Part shown: positions 10,790 to 19,794 of the stretch, piece after piece | Layout of the letters: each line of letters begins with the position of its first letter | How positions within the stretch are numbered: the stretch's first letter is position 1 | Assembly (NCBI GenBank): GCA_964525635.1 | Contig: CAZGJX010000003.1 | Location: 1-64,000, forward strand | Source of the DNA: an uncultured archaeon | GTDB lineage: Archaea; Asgardarchaeota; Lokiarchaeia; Sigyniarchaeales; SOKP01 | DNA length: 64,000 bases | Direction of reading: 5' to 3' | Translations under genes and position numbers: made by a program | Notes under the pieces: generated by a model | Told to the model about the DNA's origin: nothing | Seen by the model: the letters and a program-made list of their open reading frames with translations, nothing else | Databases searched by the model: none

Positions 10790-11548
10790 TTAATATGGTT
10801 TGTCAAAAGATTTAATATGAAGAACTAAGGAAAATAGTGACTTAAAGATTTCAGTATGACTAATATCTTTGATGTTATTTAAAAATTCAAGATGAAAATC
10901 TTCTTCACGTTTTAAATATGTTTTATCTTTTGTCTTATGTTCAGAATCTAGAAATACATCCATTTTAAGGATTTTTTTATTAGACTTTCCAGGCATTTCA
11001 GGCATTAAATTAAATGCAAATAATAAATCAGGTTCAGAGCTATTTGGGGCATCTAATACAAACAAAACATTTGGTTCTGTCACTGCCATAAAACTTTCAA
11101 TATCATGATAGAGATCATCAATTCTAAGAGTCAATGGTTGATTTTCCTTATCAAATATACTACAATCACTTATTTTAGGTATAAGGATTTTTTCTTTACC
11201 CCTGAAGGCTAAATCTATTTCATTTGGTTTTAAAAATTCTTTAAATAAAGAATCATCTTTTCCGATTATAAAGTTATCAGATAAAGATTTACTTTTAACA
11301 TAAACGATTAAAGAACCTACCGAAATTAAATTTATTTTTTGATAATAAATATTAAATAAAGGATTAAATGGAAGATTGATAACTTCTTTTGAGCCTCCTA
11401 TACCTAACTGTGTTAAAATATTAGATGAAACTTGACTATTTAAAGTAAATAATAAAAAATCTCTAAAATCTTTTAATTCGATAAAATTAGAAAAATCCGT
11501 AAAATAATTATCAACAATTTTTAATTTTTTATCCAGCTCATCTGACAT
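10790..11548 (-). CDS. hypothetical protein
   Basis: 252-aa ORF, co-oriented with the DtxR-family gene; no motif recognised. Confidence 0.7.
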   Translation of the reverse strand: MSDELDKKLKIVDNYFTDFSNFIELKDFRDFLLFTLNSQVSSNILTQLGIGGSKEVINLPFNPLFNIYYQKINLISVGSLIVYVKSKSLSDNFIIGKDDSLFKEFLKPNEIDLAFRGKEKILIPKISDCSIFDKENQPLTLRIDDLYHDIESFMAVTEPNVLFVLDAPNSSEPDLLFAFNLMPEMPGKSNKKILKMDVFLDSEHKTKDKTYLKREEDFHLEFLNNIKDISHTEIFKSLFSLVLHIKSFDKPY

Positions 11549-11595
11549 ATTTGGTTCAAACCTAAACAGTTTCTAAATTAAATTTATTCAATTAA

Positions 11596-12006
11596 TTAAT
11601 TTTGATTTAAATAATTATCCAAAAAATTCTTTAGAGATTCCTTCACATCATGAGTTATATGATGTTCAATTTGACAAGACAACTCTTCAATAGTCGTATT
11701 ATCTTTAAGTTTTAATACTTTTTCAAAAAAAATATGTAGTAATTGATGAATTTCATTTAACTGTAAGGCAATATCTTTTCCTTTTTTTGTCAAGCGAATA
11801 GCTTTCCTAGGTTCCCAACTTATCAAATCCTTTTCTTTTAATTTATCTAACATTCCTGATACACTGGCGGGTTCTACCTCTAAACTTTCAGCTATTTCTT
11901 TATTACTAACCCATCCACCTCTTTTTTTACTTGCAATTAAATAAATCTCATCTAAGTATCTCTGATAACTTTCAGGTATGTCAGAAAGCTTTTTTTTTTC
12001 AGTCAT
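11596..12006 (-). CDS. DtxR/MntR-family metal-dependent regulator
   Basis: YLDEIY, HTH EIAESLEVEPASVSGML, LTKKG, CQIEH. Confidence 0.9.
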   Translation of the reverse strand: MTEKKKLSDIPESYQRYLDEIYLIASKKRGGWVSNKEIAESLEVEPASVSGMLDKLKEKDLISWEPRKAIRLTKKGKDIALQLNEIHQLLHIFFEKVLKLKDNTTIEELSCQIEHHITHDVKESLKNFLDNYLNQN

Positions 12007-12137
12007 GTAATATCAGTTTTTGATATGTATTTTTCTTTTTACAATTGAATTATATCACAATTAATCAAATTTAAATACGCAATAAAAATTTTTAGTTTTA
12101 CCTTTAATAATAAATAAATAGATCAATTAAAAAGATA

Positions 12138-12716
12138 GTGTTCAACTTTAAAATAATTAAGGATTTTCCAGGTATGCTATTTTTAGTTATAGGAAACTCA
12201 GGTTCAGGTAAAGATTCCATAATTTCAGGAATTATCAAAAAATTTCCTGCTAATTTAAATAAGATATATAGTCCAAAAAGATATATCACCAGAACTGGAT
12301 CCATTACTGAGAATAATATAGAAGTTACTAAAGAAAAATACAATCAAATGTGTAAAAAAAAACAATTTGCATTATCTTGGTATATATATGAGTATTATTA
12401 TGGAATTCCAATTATAATTGATGATTATCTGAAAAAAGGAATTCCAGTTATAATAAATGTAAGCAGAAATATTGTTGAAGAAGCGAAAAATATCTATAAA
12501 AATATAAAAATAATGTTTATTAATGTTCCTATAAAAATTATCATAAATAGATTGAAAGAGAGAGATAGAGAAAATAGAGAAGAATTAAAAAAAAGAATAA
12601 TACGAGCACAAAAGAATCAAACCTTTCAGATGGCAGATATTACAATAGATAATTCTGGTGATTTAGAGGATGCTGTTAATCAATCTTTAAATTTTATATT
12701 AAGCGTTATTAAATAA
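12138..12716 (+). CDS. phnN: ribose 1,5-bisphosphokinase PhnN / guanylate-kinase-like protein
   Basis: GNSGSGKDS P-loop, RYITR, FALSW...YYGI, NVSR, IDNSG. Confidence 0.8.
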   Translation: MFNFKIIKDFPGMLFLVIGNSGSGKDSIISGIIKKFPANLNKIYSPKRYITRTGSITENNIEVTKEKYNQMCKKKQFALSWYIYEYYYGIPIIIDDYLKKGIPVIINVSRNIVEEAKNIYKNIKIMFINVPIKIIINRLKERDRENREELKKRIIRAQKNQTFQMADITIDNSGDLEDAVNQSLNFILSVIK

Positions 12717-12849
12717 TTAAGAATATTTTTAGGACAGTCCCTCCAAATAATATTATCTATTATCCAAAAAAAAAAGCCATTTTTATCTATTCAAAGAACA
12801 AGATTTTTTTAGAATTGTAGATTAAGATTTATAGCATAAAAGATATTAT

Positions 12850-12983
12850 GGCCCGGATCGTATAGAAAATTGCAGTTTAACTGGAATTTGTAAAGTGGTT
12901 AGTATTGAGGACTGTGAAGTAATAGTTAATCTATAACTATTTATACGAATCCTTAAACGCGGGTTCAATTCCCGCTCCGGGCC
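12850..12983 (+). tRNA. tRNA-His(GUG) with two introns (12866-12895 and 12918-12948)
   Basis: Acceptor GCCCGGA/TCCGGGC with encoded G-1 (12850) and C73 (12983); T arm GCGGG-TTCAATT-CCCGC; anticodon stem GAGGA/TCCTT with GTG at 12914-12916; D stem GTAT/GTAT. Confidence 0.93.
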
Positions 12984-13056
12984 CTTCTTTCCTATAAATC
13001 TTTTTTAATTATATAATCGAATAAAAAATGAAAAAAAAGAGATTAATTTCCACAAT

Positions 13057-13515
13057 ATGGTTCATCTAAGATCAGACAAGCTAAGAGATTTACCCGGGTG
13101 GAGATATAATGCTCCTGTTCCAATTTGTATGGGAGGAGATTATAGAGCATTAACTTTCTGTTGTAAACCAGGACATAGTCTCACTTTTGGATATAAATGT
13201 AAGAGGGATAAAGTCTTATCTGAAATTGGTTTATCTGCAAAAGAATTTATTAATATTAAAGAGACCTTTTCTAAAGATAATAACTGGGATTCTGATATCG
13301 TTTGTTTTGGATCAATTAGTTATTGCTGTATGAGACGTGGAGGATGTCCTAAAAGAGATTTTGCATTAAAAATGAGATATCCAAACTTGGAAGGAGAACA
13401 ATTACTAGAACAATATTACAAAAAAAAAAAAGAACTTGCTAAAAAGATATTAGAAAAAGTTACAAATAATCAAGGAAAAAATAAAGTTACTACATTATTA
13501 GAACTTTTTGTATGA
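13057..13515 (+). CDS. methanogenesis marker 9-like Cys-rich protein
   Basis: APVPICMGGDYRALTFCCKPG, CFGSISYCC, CPKRD motifs. Confidence 0.75.
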   Translation: MVHLRSDKLRDLPGWRYNAPVPICMGGDYRALTFCCKPGHSLTFGYKCKRDKVLSEIGLSAKEFINIKETFSKDNNWDSDIVCFGSISYCCMRRGGCPKRDFALKMRYPNLEGEQLLEQYYKKKKELAKKILEKVTNNQGKNKVTTLLELFV

Positions 13516-14134
13516 TTTTTAAGACCAAATTTTATTAAATGGTTAATAAGTTTTAAAGATATATAAAAAAAAAGAAAAATATTATCAAATTAGAACATCT
13601 TACTATTTTCTGAAATGGTTAATCTTTATAAAATATAAATTTAAATGACAATTTCATTTAAGTTTATAAGATAGAATTTCTATTTATTAATTTGACCAAA
13701 AGGATAAAATTAAAAAGCAAAAAATAATTTATTTACTTAGGAAATCAATAGAATTGCTGATTTTATGATGTTAGAAAAAGTGCAAAAACATAAATATAGA
13801 GAGGATATTTATATCAATAATATTATTATCCCTCATAATGAAATCAATGAACAAGAAAAGTTGTTAATTAATAAAATTCTATATAAAGAATTAGCTCTTT
13901 CTTCTTAAATCTTTTATAGATTCTATATAAAAGTTAGAATTAAAAAGGATTTTCTAAAAATAAATAATTTATTTACAACCTATATTTTATATCGTCATTT
14001 AGATAAAAGAAGAAGGATATAGGAGCTATATAAACAAAACCATGATATATCTTATAAATAAAGACATTTAAATAAAGACACATATTTTTATTGGTATACT
14101 AATGAATTATTTAAATTATTGAGGGAAGTAAATT

Positions 14135-14557
14135 ATGAGTCAAAATTTTCTAAATGAGAAAGATTTTGAGCAATTAAAAGAATTAAGTAAATGGAATTAT
14201 GTAAAATCATTATATAAGATGATTGAAGATTTAACGATTCGAGCTGAAAAAAATTGTGAAGAATGTGAACAATATATGATAAATCCTCATGATGTTAACA
14301 TTGATTTTCTATTTGAGGATTGGAGAAGTTGTGCTGAACATTGTGATGAGTGTGGAGAAGAGGAAAAAATAAATATGTGCAATCTTCAATTTGAGGTAAT
14401 AAATCATATAGCAAATTCCTTAGCAGAAATTCGAGAACGCCAAAACGCATTAGCTAAAATAGCTCTAAAAAAATATGATCAAGGCGCAAAATTATTAGAT
14501 GATGTCATGAAAAAGAGAAAAGATAAAGAGGATAAAGCTAAAGATCTATATCGATAA
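14135..14557 (+). CDS. hypothetical Cys-rich protein
   Basis: CEEC and CAEHCDEC motifs, helical/coiled C-terminus. Confidence 0.7.
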   Translation: MSQNFLNEKDFEQLKELSKWNYVKSLYKMIEDLTIRAEKNCEECEQYMINPHDVNIDFLFEDWRSCAEHCDECGEEEKINMCNLQFEVINHIANSLAEIRERQNALAKIALKKYDQGAKLLDDVMKKRKDKEDKAKDLYR

Positions 14558-14640
14558 TCCGATTTTAAAATAACTAATTATTCATTTTTATTACGTTTCT
14601 ATTTTAAAATATTCAAATAAATTCTAAAAAATGTATAAAA

Positions 14641-15279
14641 TTAATCAATTTTAATATTTGTATGTTTTACATCAATTTTTTTTAATTTAATTTCTAATAT
14701 TCCATTTTGATATCTTGCTTTAGCATAATCAGAATTAATAGAAGATGGTAAATCAATTTCTTTATAGTAACTATGTCCTGATATGTTTGTAGGTTTTGTA
14801 GATATAGTTAATGAATTTGTTGTTGATTTAATTTCAATATCTTCTTTAATAACACCTGGCATCTCAGCAATCACTAAAATTTTATCTTCTTCTTCGCTAA
14901 TTTCTATTAATGGTTCTCTTACATCATCCACTTTAGATTTTCCTTGTTGATCTCGTTTTATATTACCAAATGAATCGACAATAGGTTTTCCTTTTGAATC
15001 AAAATTAACATTAAAACCATACATAAATGGTCCTTTCCAACCAAATTTGGATTTATTTTTCATAAACTCTTTTTGAAAATCTTCAGGAGATAGATTTTTA
15101 AATTCTGGCGGAAGGTTTGCCATAAGTTTTTCATAGATTTTTTGGAATATTTTTTTAAATTCTTTGGATTTAAACATTTTATTTGGATCTTGTAAAAATT
15201 TGAAAAAATCAAATGGTGCTGTGATATCATCTTCATCTTCTTCATCATCATAATCCTTATCTTTAGGTATTTTTAACAC
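14641..15279 (-). CDS. archaeal small heat shock protein Hsp20
   Basis: GPFMYGF, FGN, REPLI, AEMPGV, ARYQNGILEI alpha-crystallin domain. Confidence 0.93.
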   Translation of the reverse strand: MLKIPKDKDYDDEEDEDDITAPFDFFKFLQDPNKMFKSKEFKKIFQKIYEKLMANLPPEFKNLSPEDFQKEFMKNKSKFGWKGPFMYGFNVNFDSKGKPIVDSFGNIKRDQQGKSKVDDVREPLIEISEEEDKILVIAEMPGVIKEDIEIKSTTNSLTISTKPTNISGHSYYKEIDLPSSINSDYAKARYQNGILEIKLKKIDVKHTNIKID

Positions 15280-15485
15280 CTCAATTTTATTTTTTACTTA
15301 GAATACTATTAATTATAATGATTAATAGGTTTTTAATAAAATAAAACGTCAACTTCTAATAGATTTTATTGTATTATGATATAAAATTAATAAGACTTTA
15401 TTAATTTTTAAATAAAAGTTAGTTTGATATCTAAAAATTTAATAAATTAGATACTTTAATAACAATATTAAAAAACCAAAAAAAG

Positions 15486-17285
15486 GTGTGTAATATTTAC
15501 TCAGAGCTCTCAGATGATGAAAAAGAGATGTATCTTGAAGTTTTAAGAGACAGCCCTATAATGCCATTTAGTAGTTATGTTTCGAGAGGAGATATCCGAG
15601 ATCCTGTTGATGTAGCTCGACCTAGGAGTTATATTGATAGAGAGGCTTTCAGACTCGTCCGTCAAACATACAGAGATCATTCCTCTCGTTTATTGCCAAT
15701 ATTAGGATCTGCAGGAACAGGAAAAACTCACGCATATCATTCTTTCAAAGATAAAGAGTTAGAGAATAAAAAAAAAATAAAAGAAGCCGATGAAACTGAA
15801 GAAATAGAAGCAAATCAACTAGAACCTGTAGATTGGTCTATTATTTACGTTCCAAGTCCCCCTGCAAGCATTCGTGTACTACTTCATGTCTATACTTGTA
15901 TAATTGAGGAAATTGGTCCTGAAATGCTTGATATAGTATCCGAGAATTTAGTTAGAGAAAAATGGGGTGGAAAAAAGGGAGGTCTTTTCCAAAAACCTAA
16001 TTTTGATGAAGTTATACAGAAAGGACTTAGGGAATTTCCGGGGGTTTTTGCAGATTGTGTTAAAGCTTTGGTTACTTATCAATTGGATAAAAATAGAAAA
16101 GCATTAGCAGAAAGATGGCTATTAGGTGAAGATTTAGAGCCAGAAGAATTAGCTGAGCTTGGTATAAATTCTGTTTTAGAAGATGATGATATTTGCCTTG
16201 CTATGATAAAAATAATTACTGATAATTTAGATCGCGTTCTTATTTTATATTTTGATGAATTAGAATCACCATATCGTATGTTGGGAGAAGTTGCTGAAAG
16301 AAAATTTTTAGAAATTTTAAAAAGATTATATAATGAAGTAAAAGGTTTAGTAATTGTTATAGCCGTTCTTAAAGAAATATGGCCTCGTATTTTAGAGATT
16401 GCAGATCCACCTTTGAGATCAAGAATGGAACCTGAACAGGAATTAAAACCTTTTAGTTTAAATGATTTAAAAATATATTACTCTAAAACTATGGAAGTAT
16501 TTTGGGATGAGAATAATTTAAATCCACCATTATATCCATTATTTCCCTTAAATGAAAAACTTTTAGAAATGATTTTTAAAAAAACTAATGGTAATCAGCG
16601 TAATTCAATAAAACTATGTAAAAGATTTATAGATAAAGTCGTTATGGAAGAAATGAGTGTTGAAGAATTAATGAAAGCAGGAGTTGAAATTGTTGCAACC
16701 GCTAAACCTCCTGAGCCTGCAGAAGAGAAAATAGATTTTTCCAAACCTAGAGAAACAATTGCAAAAACGATAGAAGATATTTTAGCTGAAGAAGAATATA
16801 CAATAGATGTTAATCCTCAATCAATCGCTGGAGCTGCCTTGAAGTACATCATGAAGATTGGAGAAGATAAGAAAAAGAAATTCAAAACACAAATGGAATA
16901 TAAATATAAAAAAGGAAAAAGAACTCAAACAATCGCAGTTTTAATAGAAACTGGTGGAGTAAAATGGGGATTGGAGATTCCTTCTATTAAAAATTTTGAA
17001 CGAAGTGCAGGTGTAGCAGGTTATTATGCTGCAAAAAGAATAAAAGATGCTATAACAGATAATGTTATTGATAAAGGTATATTATTAGTCCCTGAGGGAA
17101 CAGGAGGGACAAAATATGAAATGATATTAGATAATAATCCAGAGATTCATAAATTAGAAATTAATAATGAAACAGGTGAAGCTTTTATAGCAAGTGCTCT
17201 TAAATACCCAACAAAAGAAGCATGGGAATTAGCAAAAATAATATTTCCAGATATAGGAGAATATTCACCACCTCAAGCAGAATAG
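15486..17285 (+). CDS. AAA+/P-loop ATPase with additional C-terminal domain
   Basis: Walker A GSAGTGKT, Walker B LYFDE, LRSR arginine finger, GNQR sensor 2. Confidence 0.85.
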   Translation: MCNIYSELSDDEKEMYLEVLRDSPIMPFSSYVSRGDIRDPVDVARPRSYIDREAFRLVRQTYRDHSSRLLPILGSAGTGKTHAYHSFKDKELENKKKIKEADETEEIEANQLEPVDWSIIYVPSPPASIRVLLHVYTCIIEEIGPEMLDIVSENLVREKWGGKKGGLFQKPNFDEVIQKGLREFPGVFADCVKALVTYQLDKNRKALAERWLLGEDLEPEELAELGINSVLEDDDICLAMIKIITDNLDRVLILYFDELESPYRMLGEVAERKFLEILKRLYNEVKGLVIVIAVLKEIWPRILEIADPPLRSRMEPEQELKPFSLNDLKIYYSKTMEVFWDENNLNPPLYPLFPLNEKLLEMIFKKTNGNQRNSIKLCKRFIDKVVMEEMSVEELMKAGVEIVATAKPPEPAEEKIDFSKPRETIAKTIEDILAEEEYTIDVNPQSIAGAALKYIMKIGEDKKKKFKTQMEYKYKKGKRTQTIAVLIETGGVKWGLEIPSIKNFERSAGVAGYYAAKRIKDAITDNVIDKGILLVPEGTGGTKYEMILDNNPEIHKLEINNETGEAFIASALKYPTKEAWELAKIIFPDIGEYSPPQAE

Positions 17286-17401
17286 TCTCATTAAGTTTTT
17301 TTATTGTTTTTTATTTATTTTTTATTTATTTAGTTTAGCATGAGAAATAATACAGAAAAAGTATTTTAATATTTACAACTCTTATTATTTTCTTGGAAAG
17401 T

Positions 17402-18325
17402 TTAAATTTTATTAAGTTCTCCAACGATTTTAATGTCAAGATCGCTTAACTTTTTACTTAAATCCACTCCTTTCTTAATTTCATTTAGTAGATTATTTAA
17501 AAAATCATAAATTTCATTTTCATCAAAATTATTTGAGATTTCAATCAATCTTTCAATTGGTTTAGTCAAGAGTTCATATGGTCTAAATTGATTTTTATTA
17601 GAATCCATAAAATGCTTTTTTAATTCCTTTTGTATAATTTCGCGCTCTTTAATCAGATCTGGAAAATTTCCAACTTTTTCACTTTTTTTCCTCAAAAATA
17701 AGACGATTTCATCCTCTTGAATCAATTCTGCTTGTTCTGCTGCTTTTAAAAATCTCTTTTTTGCTTTTTTATATTCTCCTTCTTTAAGTAAATTATCTGC
17801 TTCTCTAACTAATACTGATAATTCTCCAGGAATAGATTCCCCTAGATCAATTAATTCTCTTGCTTCTTGGAGTTTTCCTTCATCTAACATTTTTTTTGTT
17901 TTTTCATTTATGGTTTCTTTGATTATTTTTGGTTCTTTTAATTTTTCAATTAAATTTAGAATCGAATTTAAAAGATCTTTTAGATATTTCTGCATTTTTT
18001 TTTTATCTTCAATATTAAAGTTTTCAATTACTTGGTCTTTAATATTATCAAATACACTTTTTAATGAAAGTAAATCTTCTTCTTCTCTTAAAATAAATCC
18101 CAAAAATAGATTTTTTTTATCTAGTAATTTGGATTGTAATTTACGTGAATAATATCTAATTTCTTTTTTTTTTGTAATTGCTTCTTTTAATTTTTTATTT
18201 ATATGTTTCTCATTTAATTTTGTTAATATTTCTGAAGTAATTTTATCATCTGTTAGATAGTAATCTATTAAAATATTGGGTCCAAAAGATTTATCAATTT
18301 CATAAATAAAGATCCCTATTGGCAT
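17402..18325 (-). CDS. longin/uDENN-like N-terminal domain plus helical domain protein
   Basis: N-terminal GIFIYEIDKSFGPNIL resembles the uDENN/longin start; helical C-terminus. Confidence 0.55.
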   Translation of the reverse strand: MPIGIFIYEIDKSFGPNILIDYYLTDDKITSEILTKLNEKHINKKLKEAITKKKEIRYYSRKLQSKLLDKKNLFLGFILREEEDLLSLKSVFDNIKDQVIENFNIEDKKKMQKYLKDLLNSILNLIEKLKEPKIIKETINEKTKKMLDEGKLQEARELIDLGESIPGELSVLVREADNLLKEGEYKKAKKRFLKAAEQAELIQEDEIVLFLRKKSEKVGNFPDLIKEREIIQKELKKHFMDSNKNQFRPYELLTKPIERLIEISNNFDENEIYDFLNNLLNEIKKGVDLSKKLSDLDIKIVGELNKI

Positions 18326-18597
18326 ATTATTGACTCTCTATGAATTTTTTAATCATTAATTAATTATATATTGTATTTTAAATAAGGATATTACCTTTCT
18401 TTTTTTTTATCCTAATTATATTATTGACTTAATAAAAATTTAGTTAAAATGACTATCGAAAAAAACACTTTATCCTAAAAATGAATCACCTCCATTATTT
18501 TCAAATAAAATATATATATTTTTTATTTTAATGGATAGTTTTTAATTTCTATTCATTTGATAGTTAAGTAATAATTCCTATTTATATTAAAAAAAAA

Positions 18598-19509
18598 ATG
18601 ATTGAAAATACTTTTTGTGAGTGCTTCTCTGGTTTATTTGTTCAATTGATGATTACAGCTTCGGATGAAATCTTCTTAAATCGTGCTGTAAATAATTTTA
18701 CAGCATTACCTTCAACTGTTTTTGGTAATGCTGAAGGGGGAATTGTAAAATGGTTAAATGATGATCATACAATAGATGGAAGAAGAGGAGCAATTGTTCA
18801 ATTATGGGTTACTGGGACAACTGAAAAAGCAAAATCAAAACTATATAAATATTTAGGCCAGAGACTCCGACAGGGAGTTCTTGTAATTCCTACAACAGCT
18901 GTATTTGATGCATATCCCAATCTTATTAATATAAAATTTGATGTTATGGATAATGTTGGACATTGTGGTGATGGATATGAGGAAATCATTGAAAATTATG
19001 GAAGAACATTAATAAAAGTTCCAATAATGATGGGTTATGACTTTCAAATTGAACGATATTTATCATTTTCAAAAGGAATTATGGGAGGGAACTTATGGTT
19101 GTTTTGTGATTCGATAGATTCGGGTATAAGAGTGGGTAGAGAAGCTATAAAAACAATTGAAAAATTAGATAATGTTTGCTCTACTTTTGATGTATGTTCA
19201 GCAGGTTCTAAACCTGAAACGAATTATACTGAAATTGGTCCTACAACTAATCATCCCTACTGTCCTACTTTAGCTGATAAAATACCTCCAAATGAATATA
19301 AAGTACCTCTTGAGGTTAGATCAATACCTGAGATTCTATTTAATGCTATAGACCTTGAAACGCTTAAATTGTCAATGAAAGAAGTAATTGAATCAATTAT
19401 TGATATGGAGGGGCTGATAAAAATATCTTCTGGGAATTATGGTGGAAAATTGGGAAAATATCGAATTTATTTGAAAGAATTAAATTTATCTGATGATTTT
19501 TTTTATTGA
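18598..19509 (+). CDS. ftr: formylmethanofuran:tetrahydromethanopterin formyltransferase
   Basis: IENTFCECF, AEGG, PTTAVFDA, GDGYE, GIMGGN, AGSK, TTNHPYCPTL, SGNYGGKLG. Confidence 0.93.
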   Translation: MIENTFCECFSGLFVQLMITASDEIFLNRAVNNFTALPSTVFGNAEGGIVKWLNDDHTIDGRRGAIVQLWVTGTTEKAKSKLYKYLGQRLRQGVLVIPTTAVFDAYPNLINIKFDVMDNVGHCGDGYEEIIENYGRTLIKVPIMMGYDFQIERYLSFSKGIMGGNLWLFCDSIDSGIRVGREAIKTIEKLDNVCSTFDVCSAGSKPETNYTEIGPTTNHPYCPTLADKIPPNEYKVPLEVRSIPEILFNAIDLETLKLSMKEVIESIIDMEGLIKISSGNYGGKLGKYRIYLKELNLSDDFFY

Positions 19510-19794
19510 TTTATAATTTTGCATTATTATCAGTGCAACTTGCCAGATTTGATATTTTTATATATAATTCTTTGTAAGAAATATCTAGATTATAATATAG
19601 TTTAATCTTCATTCTTTGGAAACATATGAATAAATCCTAAATTTTATATATTCAATACTAGATTATTGGATTAAGCTTTAAATAAAATTAATTTTGTGCT
19701 TATAATTATAGATAATATAAATTAATTTATCTAACTATTCAACAATAATTTTTTTAAATAAATAATATGAATAAATCAATAAAAAGAAGAAATA

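Noticed and set aside
13765-13908. 47-codon ORF in the 13.5-14.1 kb intergenic region
   Set aside because: No recognisable motif; could be chance or a gene remnant.
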